Positions 1-10,800 of a stretch of DNA of 64,000 nt are shown here, in pieces (within the stretch, counting starts at the first letter, position 1; every line of letters starts with the position of its first letter). The translations under genes were made by a program, and so were the position numbers. Under the pieces are notes generated by a model. That model did not search any database. It worked only from the letters and a program-made list of their open reading frames with translations, and was not told where the DNA came from. Source of the stretch: a virus (lineage: Duplodnaviria > Caudoviricetes). Location: positions 1 through 64,000 of IMG/VR virus record IMGVR_UViG_2671180615_000003. The stretch is one strand, 5' to 3'.

Positions 1-699
1 ATGAAAAATAATATTTTTTTTAAGCTTATTTCAATTATTTTCATCGTTTTTGGTACTTATTTATTTTTACTATTCCTTTATGACTTTTACTTCTATAAAA
101 AACTTTATATTAAAGTATGCTCCTTTTTTTATTGCTTCGAATTTATTGAGTTCAAAGATTATGCTTCAATTTTAGCTACTCTTATTGGTTCGGCTTTTGT
201 TGCTTACAGTTTATTCTCATGGGTTGATAGTTTTAAATATAATTTAAAAAAAGGTGATATTGATCGATTTCGAGAAGCCACACATAATCTAATGAAAACA
301 ATAAATATCCTTCATGGGGAATTTACTGATATTTGCGTTTTTATTGATGACCGTATTTCTGTGAATGTAAATACAAAAGATTTCAATACTATAGTTTTAG
401 ATTACGAAGGAACTGTTTCCAACATAAATACTTTATCCATGAATTTAGTACATCAATATCATGCCTTTATATTTGAAAGTCGGTATTTTACATTGCATGG
501 AGGTGAATTTGATTTAGATCAATTAAAAGTAAAGCGTACGGAGTTTGAAGAAATTTTAGGTTACATGATATCTGATCTTGAGGATAACAAAACTCTTGAC
601 TTCAGAGGTCAAATAACTGTGTTTGAAAAAAAATATACAGACTTTAATAATGATCTCTCTGAAATTCTGGACAAAACGTATGAAATGCTTTTAAGTTAA
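1..699 (+). CDS. Membrane-anchored hypothetical moron protein (2 TM + helical domain)
   Basis: 232-aa AT-rich ORF with two N-terminal hydrophobic segments. Confidence 0.7.
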   Translation: MKNNIFFKLISIIFIVFGTYLFLLFLYDFYFYKKLYIKVCSFFYCFEFIEFKDYASILATLIGSAFVAYSLFSWVDSFKYNLKKGDIDRFREATHNLMKTINILHGEFTDICVFIDDRISVNVNTKDFNTIVLDYEGTVSNINTLSMNLVHQYHAFIFESRYFTLHGGEFDLDQLKVKRTEFEEILGYMISDLEDNKTLDFRGQITVFEKKYTDFNNDLSEILDKTYEMLLS

Positions 700-729
700 T
701 GTTTGATCGTATGAATAATAGGCTCTTTT

Positions 730-1362
730 ATGTGCTCAAACTACGAACCAATAGCAAAAGATAGAATTCACTTGCTGGATCTGTTTGAGCCAACATTTGA
801 ATATAAATCTCACATATACCCAAACTATGAAGCTCCCCTTTTATTCTCGAAAAAAGAACAAATGGAATGGCGATTAGCTAGATTTGGCTTAGTAGCCCCA
901 TGGGTTAAAGAACTTAAAAAAGTTCATAATACTTACAATGCAAGAACCGAGACTGTTCACGAAAAGCCCAGCTTTCGTAATGCATGGAAGAAAAATCAAT
1001 TCTGCTTAATTCCTGCTGATGTAATTTTTGAGCCAAAGTACATAAACAATAAGTCTGAATGGTGGGGAATTTATCGCAAAGATGAAATGCCTTTCACTAT
1101 TGCCGGTATTTATGAATATGCAGTTGTGAACGGCGAAGAAATCAGATCTATGAGCATGCTCACAATTAATTCTGACCACCACCCTTTCATGAAGCAATTC
1201 CATGCTCCTACTGATGAAAAGCGCTCTATTATTGTTATTCCACCAGATCTAAGGAATGACTGGCTGCACTGTAAACATGAAGAAGCTAAGGAATTTTTCT
1301 TAGATATGCCATTAGATGAGTTCGTAGCACAACCAAAAAATATATTAAAAACTGCCAATTAA
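730..1362 (+). CDS. SOS response-associated peptidase (SRAP/YedK family, abasic-site protection)
   Basis: N-terminal MC (catalytic Cys2), FGLV-W, YNARTET, F-E, H near C-terminus; next to umuDC. Confidence 0.92.
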   Translation: MCSNYEPIAKDRIHLLDLFEPTFEYKSHIYPNYEAPLLFSKKEQMEWRLARFGLVAPWVKELKKVHNTYNARTETVHEKPSFRNAWKKNQFCLIPADVIFEPKYINNKSEWWGIYRKDEMPFTIAGIYEYAVVNGEEIRSMSMLTINSDHHPFMKQFHAPTDEKRSIIVIPPDLRNDWLHCKHEEAKEFFLDMPLDEFVAQPKNILKTAN

Positions 1363-1371
1363 ATAGTTAAT

Positions 1372-1403
1372 AAAAATAACTGCCATTTTAGACAGTTATT
1401 TTT
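1372..1403. terminator. Likely bidirectional intrinsic terminator between convergent genes
   Basis: AAAAATAACTG...CAGTTATTTTT inverted repeat. Confidence 0.6.
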
Positions 1404-1413
1404 TGCAATATGA

Positions 1414-1827
1414 CTAATCATCATTATCAAATAACTGCTGAATTATTATTGCGATTAATGAAAATATTACAGTTATTCCGAATTTACCATAATTTTTCCC
1501 ATACCATCTTTGTTCATTTTCTCCATTACTAACACTTCTCTCTCTAAAGCCTAGCCAATCCAACCAGTCGTAACTAACTGGTTTTAATGAATAAAAATCT
1601 AAAAGTGGATAAAAACAGAAACTCAATAAAATACCAAAAACAAGATAAAACCAAATTTTCGGATATTCTAAATCATTATAAAATCTGTATGAAAAATAAC
1701 AACCTAGCGACCACATCACTAATAAAAACAAAGTATAAAAGGCTGTTTTCAAATCAAATCCAAATTTTATACTAAAATAAAAAATTATTGCTGCAGTTAC
1801 GATTAATAAATATGAAAAAATTTTCAT
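1414..1827 (-). CDS. Small multi-TM hypothetical membrane protein
   Basis: 137 aa with about four hydrophobic helices. Confidence 0.7.
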   Translation of the reverse strand: MKIFSYLLIVTAAIIFYFSIKFGFDLKTAFYTLFLLVMWSLGCYFSYRFYNDLEYPKIWFYLVFGILLSFCFYPLLDFYSLKPVSYDWLDWLGFRERSVSNGENEQRWYGKNYGKFGITVIFSLIAIIIQQLFDNDD

Positions 1828-2325
1828 TTAAAATAAATCCATCGTATGAATTAAAATGACAAATCAATACTAGCCAACCTTCTTATAATATTAAAACCAC
1901 TTATTTGTAACTAGATATTTCAAAAAATATACCCGTTTTTTAAAACATTATCGGTCTATAAAGTAAGGACAAATCGGTCTATCATTATAATAAGTATTAT
2001 TTATCATAAAATATAAAAGATTATAAATATTATTATAAAATCCCATTAAATATAAAATAAAATCACATAAAAACAATAGCTTAAAAATAAATAAATAGTT
2101 ATTTATTAATTATTTTATTATTTTTTAGTGTTACAATAATTAAGCTTTTAAAAAATTTTAAAGAAAAAACTTATTAATAAAAATTGCATCATATACCGCA
2201 TATTAACAATATTTTTTTTAAAATAATTTTTTTAGTGATACAAAAGCGAAATATTTTTTAATTCCATGTGTTCACTATCTGACCAACGGTATGATTAAGC
2301 ACGTCAATTTTTGACTTCTATTTGT

Positions 2326-2334
2326 TTATCCACA
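2326..2334 (+). promoter_or_regulatory. Perfect DnaA-box sequence upstream of umuD
   Basis: TTATCCACA; function at this position is untested. Confidence 0.35.
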
Positions 2335-2376
2335 GCTTTTTAAATTTGAATTTCGTCTGAGCTCTAGCATATCATC

Positions 2377-2397
2377 TTGATTATGTAACAAAATCAA
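2377..2397. promoter_or_regulatory. Acinetobacter SOS-like operator (UmuDAb box)
   Basis: TTGATTATGTAACAAAATCAA fits the TTGA-N4-GTAAC-N4-TCAA palindrome, immediately upstream of the umuD RBS. Confidence 0.8.
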
Positions 2398-2411
2398 ACT
2401 AGGGGAAGTTT

Positions 2412-2906
2412 ATGAGCGAAATTGCACCATCCATTATGCAGATAAAACCGTACATCACACAAAGTATTGTTTTATCTGAGGCTTTATCATTTAAGCAAGT
2501 TGTACCGTCAACTCACATGCTTATCCCCTACGCACTCGAAAAAATTTCCGCTGGCTTCCCCTCTCCAGCACAAGATTATGTCGATAAAGCGCTCGATATG
2601 AATGAGCACTTAATCAAAAATGCAACTTCAACGTTTATTGTCAAAGTTGCATCACTATCAATGCTCAATGCAGGTATAGATATTGATGACGAATTGATTG
2701 TGGATCGTAGTCTTGATGCAAAGCACGGAGATATCGTTATTGCACTAATTGACAATGAATTCACAGTTAAACGTTTAATGATCGATGAAAAAGGTCAATG
2801 GCTTAAAGCGGAGAATCCGGATTATAAAAATATTTATTTAGCGGATGGTCAAGAATTAATAATTTGGGGTGTTGTCACTCATATCATTAAAATGACACGG
2901 CATTAA
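2412..2906 (+). CDS. umuD: DNA polymerase V subunit UmuD (S24 autoprotease)
   Basis: AGFPSPAQDY cleavage motif, SM catalytic Ser, TVKRL catalytic Lys. Confidence 0.95.
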   Translation: MSEIAPSIMQIKPYITQSIVLSEALSFKQVVPSTHMLIPYALEKISAGFPSPAQDYVDKALDMNEHLIKNATSTFIVKVASLSMLNAGIDIDDELIVDRSLDAKHGDIVIALIDNEFTVKRLMIDEKGQWLKAENPDYKNIYLADGQELIIWGVVTHIIKMTRH

Positions 2907-2909
2907 GTT

Positions 2910-4208
2910 ATGAAATATGAGAACAAAGTATTTTTTCTCATCGACGTAAATAATATGTACGTTTCATGTGAGAGAGTCTTTGACCCATCTTTGAATGATA
3001 AACCAGTTATTGTGCTCAGCAATAACGATGGGTGTGCCGTTGCTCGAAGTAATGAATCAAAAGCTTTAGGCATTAAAATGGGTGTGCCTCTTTTTCAAAT
3101 TAAAGACATTGTTCAACAACATAACGTACTCGTACTTTCAAGCAACTACGCAATGTATGCAGAAATGTCACGGCGCTTTCATACGATTCTTGCTTCTTAC
3201 GTTACAGGTGAAGAAATTGAACCTTACTCCATAGACGAATGTTTTGTTGATTTCACCGCTTATGAGAAGAACTTTGATTTAGAAAAAGTTGGACGAGATA
3301 TGCGAGCAAAGATATGGAAATGGCTCGGTTTACCAGTATGTGTTGGAATCGGAAGAAGTAAAACAGAAGCAAAGATTGCAAATCATATTGCAAAGAAAAA
3401 CCCCGGCTTTAACAGCGTTTGTGACCTCGTTAATATGGATCCGTGCAACAAAGAATATTACTTTGCTCGAATAGATGTGAGTGAAGTCTGGGGCGTCGGT
3501 CGTAAGCATTCAAAAAAACTTCAATCGATGGGAATTAATACGGTGTTTGATCTGGCTTGTGCTGAACCTCGAGAGATGCAAAAGAAATTTTCCATTGTCA
3601 TGGCTCGCACGATCTATGAGCTACAAGGCATTTCTTGCATTGAGATTGAACACACTCCCCCATCTAAAAAGCAGATTGTTGCTTCTAGGTCTTTCGGTGG
3701 TCGTGTAACTGAGCTAACGGATCTAAAAGAAGCTATCTCGATGTATGCCCAAGATGCATGTAAACGGTTGCGTGATGAAGGACTGCTATGTGGATGTATG
3801 ATTGCTTTTGTACAGTCAAACCCTTTCGATCTCAATGTGCCATTTTACAATAAATCTATTACTGGCTCATTTTCACAGCCAACAGATTGCGCAATTGACT
3901 TTGTAAAAGCAGCGGTAAAGATGGTGTCAGATATCTTTAAAGAGGGTATTAAGTATAAGAAGAGCGGCGTGATACTAACAGGTTTAGAGCCAAAATCTGG
4001 CCATACCTATGACCTGCTCACAGATTTTGAAGTAATAGAAAAGAAAGAACAATTGATGAAAACACTAGATAACGTGCACACAAAATTCGGAAAGAAAAAA
4101 CTAGGTGTCGGACCATGTTATGTGCCGGGTCGGAACTGGTCGATGTCGAGAGATAAATTGAGTAAAAATCCGTTTAGATGGGATGAGCTGTTGACTATAT
4201 ATCACTGA
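2910..4208 (+). CDS. umuC: DNA polymerase V subunit UmuC (Y family)
   Basis: [21 protein letters not shown] motifs and C-terminal WSMSR; directly after umuD. Confidence 0.96.
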   Translation: MKYENKVFFLIDVNNMYVSCERVFDPSLNDKPVIVLSNNDGCAVARSNESKALGIKMGVPLFQIKDIVQQHNVLVLSSNYAMYAEMSRRFHTILASYVTGEEIEPYSIDECFVDFTAYEKNFDLEKVGRDMRAKIWKWLGLPVCVGIGRSKTEAKIANHIAKKNPGFNSVCDLVNMDPCNKEYYFARIDVSEVWGVGRKHSKKLQSMGINTVFDLACAEPREMQKKFSIVMARTIYELQGISCIEIEHTPPSKKQIVASRSFGGRVTELTDLKEAISMYAQDACKRLRDEGLLCGCMIAFVQSNPFDLNVPFYNKSITGSFSQPTDCAIDFVKAAVKMVSDIFKEGIKYKKSGVILTGLEPKSGHTYDLLTDFEVIEKKEQLMKTLDNVHTKFGKKKLGVGPCYVPGRNWSMSRDKLSKNPFRWDELLTIYH

Positions 4209-4231
4209 TTGTTTTAAATATCTAAAAAAAC

Positions 4232-5248
4232 TTGGTAAACTCGATGAATGATAAATTTTTTTTAATATCTTTTTTTACTTTAATAATATTTTTAACAATA
4301 TATTTTACAAGTATAGATCCAATTTACTATATAGATTTGAAAGATTTTCTTAAAGCAACGCCAGAATATTTTCTTCCGACATTGTTAATCTCATTATTAG
4401 CATTATATATAACCTCAATGAATTACTTAAGAAAATCTGGAATTAGTATTTCCGCAACTTACCTTATTCGTGGGGATTTTTCATCTACTGAAAGATATAT
4501 CTCTTCAATTGTTTTAGTTAACAAAAAAGATAGGCCTGTAATTATTAATAAGATTTTTATTAGATTAGGTCACAATCTTTATATTCAATTAACCGATGGT
4601 TATGATGAAACATTCGTATTAAAACCATACGAAAATTTAAATCACAAACTTGAACCACATTTTGCTTATATGGCAGGGATGAAAAAAGTAGCTAATTTTT
4701 CAGATGTTTTAAGCAATAAAAAAATTAAGAAAAAAATAGTACTAGATACAACAGAAGGAATAGTTGTATGTAAGGATCTGAGATATAAAAGTATAATTCA
4801 CAAGGTTTTAAGTCATTATTATACAGGGCTAATAATTAGGCATAAAGGTGACTTTATAAATGGCATTCCAGTTGGAAATAATGTCTTATATTTCATTGAA
4901 ATAAAGACAAAAAATGGGGAAAATTCTTTTACTACTATAAGTAAAAATCCAGAAAGCTCTTTACTTGATGGTAAACTAAAATTTGATATAGATCTGTTAA
5001 AAAAAGACTTAGGTACCTCTCATATAAAAAAAGTTATAGATAAGGCTCTCGAAGAAGGGGTTATAGATTGGCAAAGTTATAAAGTACATTCTCAATTAGA
5101 AAAATTTAAACATTATGAGCAATATAATGAAATAGATTTAAATGCTGATTGCTACCGTACTAGTTGGTTTAGCTATCATATTAAAGGTAGAATATATACA
5201 TACCTAAAAGATCGACAAATCAAAAAAAAGAATAAAAATCAATTATAA
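4232..5248 (+). CDS. Membrane-anchored hypothetical moron protein
   Basis: Two N-terminal TM segments, then a beta-rich soluble domain; AT-rich. Confidence 0.7.
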   Translation: MVNSMNDKFFLISFFTLIIFLTIYFTSIDPIYYIDLKDFLKATPEYFLPTLLISLLALYITSMNYLRKSGISISATYLIRGDFSSTERYISSIVLVNKKDRPVIINKIFIRLGHNLYIQLTDGYDETFVLKPYENLNHKLEPHFAYMAGMKKVANFSDVLSNKKIKKKIVLDTTEGIVVCKDLRYKSIIHKVLSHYYTGLIIRHKGDFINGIPVGNNVLYFIEIKTKNGENSFTTISKNPESSLLDGKLKFDIDLLKKDLGTSHIKKVIDKALEEGVIDWQSYKVHSQLEKFKHYEQYNEIDLNADCYRTSWFSYHIKGRIYTYLKDRQIKKKNKNQL

Positions 5249-5334
5249 ATTTATATCACTCAAAACAGGAGAATTTCTCTCAAACTCTAATATCTAAAGA
5301 TTTTTTATTATCTCCAAAATATGAAGGTAAGAAT

Positions 5335-5460
5335 ATGGTCTTTGTTTTTGATCGTGAAGATTCTTTTAATTTAACTTATGATGAACTTCTCGAGATTATT
5401 AGTAAGGCTCGGATGACTGGGCCGCAAATGATTCCAATTTTAGGAACTATTGGTGATTAA
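5335..5460 (+). CDS. Small ORF (41 aa), possibly the remnant of a 5'-truncated phage gene
   Basis: MVFVFDREDSFNLTYDELLEIISKARMTGPQMIPILGTIGD; its TAA overlaps the ATG of the next gene (TAATG). Confidence 0.45.
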   Translation: MVFVFDREDSFNLTYDELLEIISKARMTGPQMIPILGTIGD

Positions 5461-6182
5461 TGAATAAAAGTGCCTTTTCCCTAAGTATTATGTTTATAGG
5501 GTTAATTTTAATAATCCTACTTATTAGTATTTTTGGAATTTTATATTTCTTCTGGGGTAATGTTAAAGCTGTACAAGATAGCCTTTCAACTACTGGAAGT
5601 ATATTTAGTGCAATTGCAACTTTAGGGGCAGCAGCTATTGCTGCCTACTTATTTAATGATTGGAAAGATCAACAAAAACATCAGAATTCCATTCAATTTG
5701 GCATAGAGGTTTATGCAAGTTTTAAAAAATTTGATGAATGCTTTACCGAAATCTGCAATGAATTAATTTATTTAGAGTATCAACTTAAAGAAGTATTGAA
5801 AAACAATGAAAAAAATCTAAGATTTGCTCTTTTTAAAGAAATGTTGAATAACAATGAAAAAAAGCTGAGATTTGCTTTTTTAAATAATTCAAGCAAAGTC
5901 ACTAAAAGAAGCCAAGAACTTTTCAATCATTATTTAAACTTTCAAGATTCATATACTAACTATTGTATTGTAACCAATCAGGAAGATTTACTAACTGATA
6001 TTGAGCAAACTAGAGATAGCCTTTTAAAATTTTGTAGTGTTTTAACCGATATTGAGTTTGAGAATTCTTTAGAAGCCAAATTACAAAAAATCCTATTTTT
6101 AAATTCTGATCCAGTTAATGAAATAGGAACGTACATTTACAATTACTATATAAAACAGATCCTAGAAAAAGTACGTTTATAG
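5460..6182 (+). CDS. Membrane moron protein (2 TM, LFNDW motif, helical C-terminal domain)
   Basis: Two hydrophobic helices ending in AAYLFNDWK; short internal repeat NNEKxLRFA. Confidence 0.75.
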   Translation: MNKSAFSLSIMFIGLILIILLISIFGILYFFWGNVKAVQDSLSTTGSIFSAIATLGAAAIAAYLFNDWKDQQKHQNSIQFGIEVYASFKKFDECFTEICNELIYLEYQLKEVLKNNEKNLRFALFKEMLNNNEKKLRFAFLNNSSKVTKRSQELFNHYLNFQDSYTNYCIVTNQEDLLTDIEQTRDSLLKFCSVLTDIEFENSLEAKLQKILFLNSDPVNEIGTYIYNYYIKQILEKVRL

Positions 6183-6195
6183 TATATCACCCTCC

Positions 6196-6294
6196 TCAGA
6201 GGGCTTTCACGCAGATTCCCACACTAACATTGCTATTGATTGTATGAGCTGTGCATCCTGACAATAGAATGCACAGCAATATTAAAGCCTTCAT
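6196..6294 (-). CDS. 32-aa lipoprotein coupled to the endolysin gene (not in the ORF track)
   Basis: MKALILLCILLSGCTAHTINSNVSVGICVKAL with lipobox LSGC; ATGA overlap with the endolysin stop. Confidence 0.7.
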   Translation of the reverse strand: MKALILLCILLSGCTAHTINSNVSVGICVKAL

Positions 6295-6869
6295 GACATC
6301 CAGCTTTTAATTCTGGCCAAATTAGCTTTACGTTCAACTAAGCCATTTGTACCGCCATTGATGCGACGCGTAATAGTCAAAATGTCATCACGGTCAGCTA
6401 GTTCATTCAACCCATTGTTTGTCCAGAATTTACAAGCAACGAGTAAACCAATACTTGGAATAGCGACAAGTTCAGAATGCGATTCAAAATCGATGCCCAA
6501 TGCTCGACCATATTTTTGGTAGTTATCACGTCCAGTAAGTTGGATTGGTCCACGACCCTTAAAGCGAACACCATCACCAGCCATAATATTGCCTAGATCT
6601 TTACGCCCCTCGTATGCTGCACCAGATGCAATTTCTTCCATGTATCGAAAGTTGCCAGACTCATGAGCAAGCTGTGCAATGAAGTGAGCAAAGCGCAGCT
6701 CATTGTAGAGAATCGCATAGTCTTTGAAATGTACGTTAGCTGCTAATGCCAGCTCTTCAGCGCGACTTTGATTTGCTCCAAGTTTCTTAAATAAGGCTGT
6801 AAGAGTGCCGCGCCCTATCTTCCCGTCAATTGCAACACCAAGTGTTCTTTGTAAATTGATAAATTTCAT
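6291..6869 (-). CDS. Endolysin, glycoside hydrolase family 19 (chitinase-like)
   Basis: AHFIAQLAHESG, FKGRGPIQLTGRDNY and ITRRINGGTNGL motifs. Confidence 0.93.
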   Translation of the reverse strand: MKFINLQRTLGVAIDGKIGRGTLTALFKKLGANQSRAEELALAANVHFKDYAILYNELRFAHFIAQLAHESGNFRYMEEIASGAAYEGRKDLGNIMAGDGVRFKGRGPIQLTGRDNYQKYGRALGIDFESHSELVAIPSIGLLVACKFWTNNGLNELADRDDILTITRRINGGTNGLVERKANLARIKSWMS

Positions 6870-6926
6870 TTCACTTTCCTTCAGATGTAAAAAAACCGCC
6901 CGAAGGCGGCATAAATTGTTGAATGG

Positions 6927-7151
6927 TTACAGCTGCTTTGTATCTTCAGATTTCTTTTTCTTTTCTAGCTCGGAACTACCGAAGTAATAACCACAAGCCA
7001 TAGACATAGCCCCAGCAATAAAACCTAGTGCTGTGTTTAAAAGAGTGCTATTTTCCCTTGGCATTTCTACAAAGAATAAAGCGATCACCAAAACAAACAT
7101 TAACCCCACAAGAGCAAATGAAAGATAGGCTCTAGTTTGTTCACTGCTCAT
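6927..7151 (-). CDS. Two-TM holin or holin-accessory protein
   Basis: Two TMs, YYFGSS motif, charged tail; precedes the endolysin. Confidence 0.75.
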   Translation of the reverse strand: MSSEQTRAYLSFALVGLMFVLVIALFFVEMPRENSTLLNTALGFIAGAMSMACGYYFGSSELEKKKKSEDTKQL

Positions 7152-7425
7152 CGTTATCCCCTTTTAAACGTTCTTTAGTCAGCTCATATTGTTTCGTTTG
7201 AAGCGCATGAATCTCGTCCTTTCGCTTCTCATCTCGTTTTTTGAAATAAAGATTCGTTAGGAAGGTTGCTATACCGATTAAGATTGAAAAGACAACGGCC
7301 CAATCAATTTTACCTATTACACCGATCAAACTGCCTCCTAATACATACCCATACGTAAATTTTGTTGCAGTCGCGGCAGCCGTACTTGCAGCCGCTTCGA
7401 CTACACTATTTGTTTGACCGTTCAT
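7141..7425 (-). CDS. Putative holin
   Basis: TM segments plus a basic/charged C-terminus; start refined to MNGQTNSV after a GGAGG RBS. Confidence 0.75.
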   Translation of the reverse strand: MNGQTNSVVEAAASTAAATATKFTYGYVLGGSLIGVIGKIDWAVVFSILIGIATFLTNLYFKKRDEKRKDEIHALQTKQYELTKERLKGDNDEQ

Positions 7426-7490
7426 ACATGCCTTCCTCCAGATCATAGGCAATAAAAAACCCCGCAAATGCGGGGTTTTATTCATATTTT

Positions 7491-7802
7491 CTACTGATGT
7501 TTATAGAAAACTTCATACAGTATTTTATATATAGCAGAGTTAGATTGAAATGGATCACTAAGATTCCACAAGTAACTATACTCTCCTAGAATAAACTCAA
7601 TATCTCCATTTGAATGTTCTTTTGTTTCAGGTTTACCATACTTGTCATCGGTAAATGATACAAATTTATAAAAAGCTTTAATAACCCCTTTACGATCAAC
7701 CTGTATATTTCCATTAGGTTCTTTTTTTCCGATACCTGTAAGCTCAATTAATGCACGCCCCATAAGAGCAGCATTCTCTTCAGCCATTTTATCTTTAATC
7801 AT
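7491..7802 (-). CDS. Hypothetical moron protein between the tail tip and lysis genes
   Basis: 103-aa AT-rich ORF with its own downstream terminator. Confidence 0.65.
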   Translation of the reverse strand: MIKDKMAEENAALMGRALIELTGIGKKEPNGNIQVDRKGVIKAFYKFVSFTDDKYGKPETKEHSNGDIEFILGEYSYLWNLSDPFQSNSAIYKILYEVFYKHQ

Positions 7803-7850
7803 AAAAAACCTTTAATAAAAAGAAATAAATTTAATATACCTATAGGTAAA

Positions 7851-10800
7851 CTATAGAGTTTCTAAAATCAACCCTTCATTGATTAATTTGGTTGTCAGTG
7901 GCGCAACCCCGACAATTGCAGTACCTCCCGCTCCTGGTTGTCCTTCTGTTGTGCCATGGTAATTCCAGTTCCATGTTCCATCATTGGTAGACTTAGTACC
8001 ACGTTGGCCCCAACCACCGCCATCACCGGACAAAGGAGATCCATAGCGATCATTTTGGGTTCGATAGCCTTTGCCTGGTACCGAAGCTTCAGCATCGGTT
8101 ACTTTTACAACCATAAAATAGCTATTTAAGTACCAACGCCAATCTTGTGAGTCGCTAGTAATAGGCTGTCCTGTCATTACCCGACCAAAAGGTGCACCAG
8201 CTCCTCCCGGAATACCCTGAACCCCATATGACAATCCAGTGTAAATACCACTCGGTGAAGCACCACCTCCAGAACCACCACGAGCCAAAGTGCCGCCATC
8301 AATAGTCAGGTTTAGTTTGCTGTGTCGGTTTAATAAACCTGGTGCGCCCTGGAATCCATCACGGCGAGTTTTAGTAAAGTAATAATCTGGATCAGACTCC
8401 CATGCACCAAATGCAAGATGCGGTAAACCACCATCACCACCACGCCCAACAACCGAGCCTTTAATCGTCAGATTTACGACTAGATCAGGTGGAAACTCAC
8501 CTGTATCAATCGCAGGGAATTCAGGTGCTGCAGGTACAATAAACTCATATCTTGTAGAATTATCACGGTAATCGAACCTATAAACCATTCGTGTTTCAGG
8601 TCTAAGTGAACTAGAACTCGAAACTAAAGCACCAGCTTCAACAATAAAGCTAATTTCACCAGTTGTTGGCAAATCACCTCTTTGCATCTGATATAAGCGA
8701 GCTAAATTAAGATCAAGCTGGTCATAACGGATGTAAATTGGAGAATCATCCACTGGAACATCAATAAAGTCTTTGTCATTAAGGTAATAACGAACATCGT
8801 AATTGACTGCAGTAATCGTGTTCGAGAACTTATCAACCGGATCTTTTTTAGCTACCAGATAAGGTAATGAGTCTTTTGTATCGTCATTAACAACCGTATA
8901 AATGGTATTAACAAAATCATCAGAACTTAGTTTGAGAGCACCGTTCGGCAAACGTCCTAACACTACCTTATTCTTGGCTGAACCCGGTGTAACAGGTATT
9001 AGGTCCACGGAACCATCATTCATTTGCAGATAAATCACATAGCTCTTGCCCGAAATGAAATCTACATCATGGCTTAGAGTGAGAATTAAACCTTCTTGCT
9101 GTAACACCTCACCGCTTTGATGAATACCATTGCGATAATCCGCTACAGCAATCCGGTCGCGTAAAACCAGTAATTCTGATTCTGGTGCCGCATCAAAGGT
9201 AATGGATTTGCGCTGGAAGCGAAGCTTGTTCCAAAGCCGGTACGCATTGAAATGAGCTTGCCATTTGTTTCGTACACCAACAGATTTCACTTCTTTGGGG
9301 TTCTTTGCTCCCTTGTCTGGCAAATAGATATTGATACGGCTATCATCGGTCGGATCCGTGTATTCATAGATCAGTCCATCGTAATCATCCATCACGCCAA
9401 AGGTCAGGTCATGCTTGTAACTATCCGGAATGATATTCCTGAAGTTAAACAGCATTACAGAGTTATCGGTTGGCCGTTCAAAATAAAGTTTGAGCTTATT
9501 GTTTTGCCGATATGCGGTACAAAACACTGCATCACAAAGATTGGTAACCAGCTCTTCAAAAGACAGGTTTGTATCATCAATCGTGGTACAGAACTCAGCC
9601 GCTAGCGGTGTACCAAAATAATCAACTACATCGTTATATGTGCGATAGATGTTTTCGAGATCAATCTCATCGATCGTACGGCGGCCAATCTTGTCATCAA
9701 GTGCCATAGATACCAAAGCATCAGCAAAGCTAGACGTTGGATATAGCTCTGTTGTCATTGCCCCATTTTTATAAGTTGGCAACATTCGCAGAAGATCAAA
9801 ATTGATCTTGCGGGACTTAACAGATAAAGCTCCAGTGGTTGCATAAGTACGCGCACGAAAAACAGTTTCATACTCGTATTTCGTGCTTTGTAGAGGATAT
9901 GCACCATAAAGGGCTTGCCATTTCACATCATCAACCACCGTTGTTACTCCAGGGGTTGAAGTTAAACGGCGTGCACGGACACTACAGCGCCCCTGAAATG
10001 TAACCATATCAAGTGTTGCACCAACGGTTTGACGAGATTTAGCGGAGCCTTTAAGAATGATCTGTTTCAACATTGGATTACCAATAGCTGCACCAGACTC
10101 ATTAACTGGCGTTACCTCAACCTCAATCGTGACGTTTACAGCTGCCTGATTGCCCCCTGACGAAACGGTATAAAGGCCATTTGTAGCGACAAAGTTACAA
10201 AGCACTCGACTACGTTCAATATTGTCTAAGATAAATGGGCCAATCCATTTCTCACCGATGGATGCAAGCTTGGGAGATGCAGCAGCTGTTTGCTGATTAG
10301 ATAACTCTTTAAGCTTTAACCAGTTAGTATTAACAGCAGCTGGATTTGATAACGTCATACGATCATCAGCTACCGATAGAACGCTGTAAGTGCCGTTTAA
10401 ATCATAAGTCTGGCCATTAAACGTGAATGAGGCATTGGTGATTTCTACGCGGTCATTACTTACAAACTTGGTGGTTAAATCCGTATTGTTTGCAGATGCC
10501 CGAAGGATCTCGTTTGGATATGCAAAATGAAGATAGTTGGTACCCTCTAAAGATTGCGTATCTGCTGGACGGAGAACTTGGCCATTAACAGAAGTTTGAT
10601 GCTGAACCGTTAAGGGTGGTGTTGTAATTTCGGTACCAAGCGAGAAATATGGCTCACCTGAGACAATATCGACGCCCGGCCGATAGACTTCTACCGATGC
10701 ACCGGCAATATCGACAATATTGGTTTCACCGTCATAAGCTCCATTAATTTTATAGTGTCCACGACCAATACAACCGACAACGTGTTCAACTTCGACGTTA

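Noticed and set aside
1006-3835. Short alternative ORFs within SRAP, umuD and umuC
   Set aside because: They overlap strongly supported genes and show no independent coding signal.
7837-7848. TACC-TATA-GGTA as a distal CI operator
   Set aside because: The spacer is 4 bp rather than the 5 bp of the clear operators, and it is a single site.
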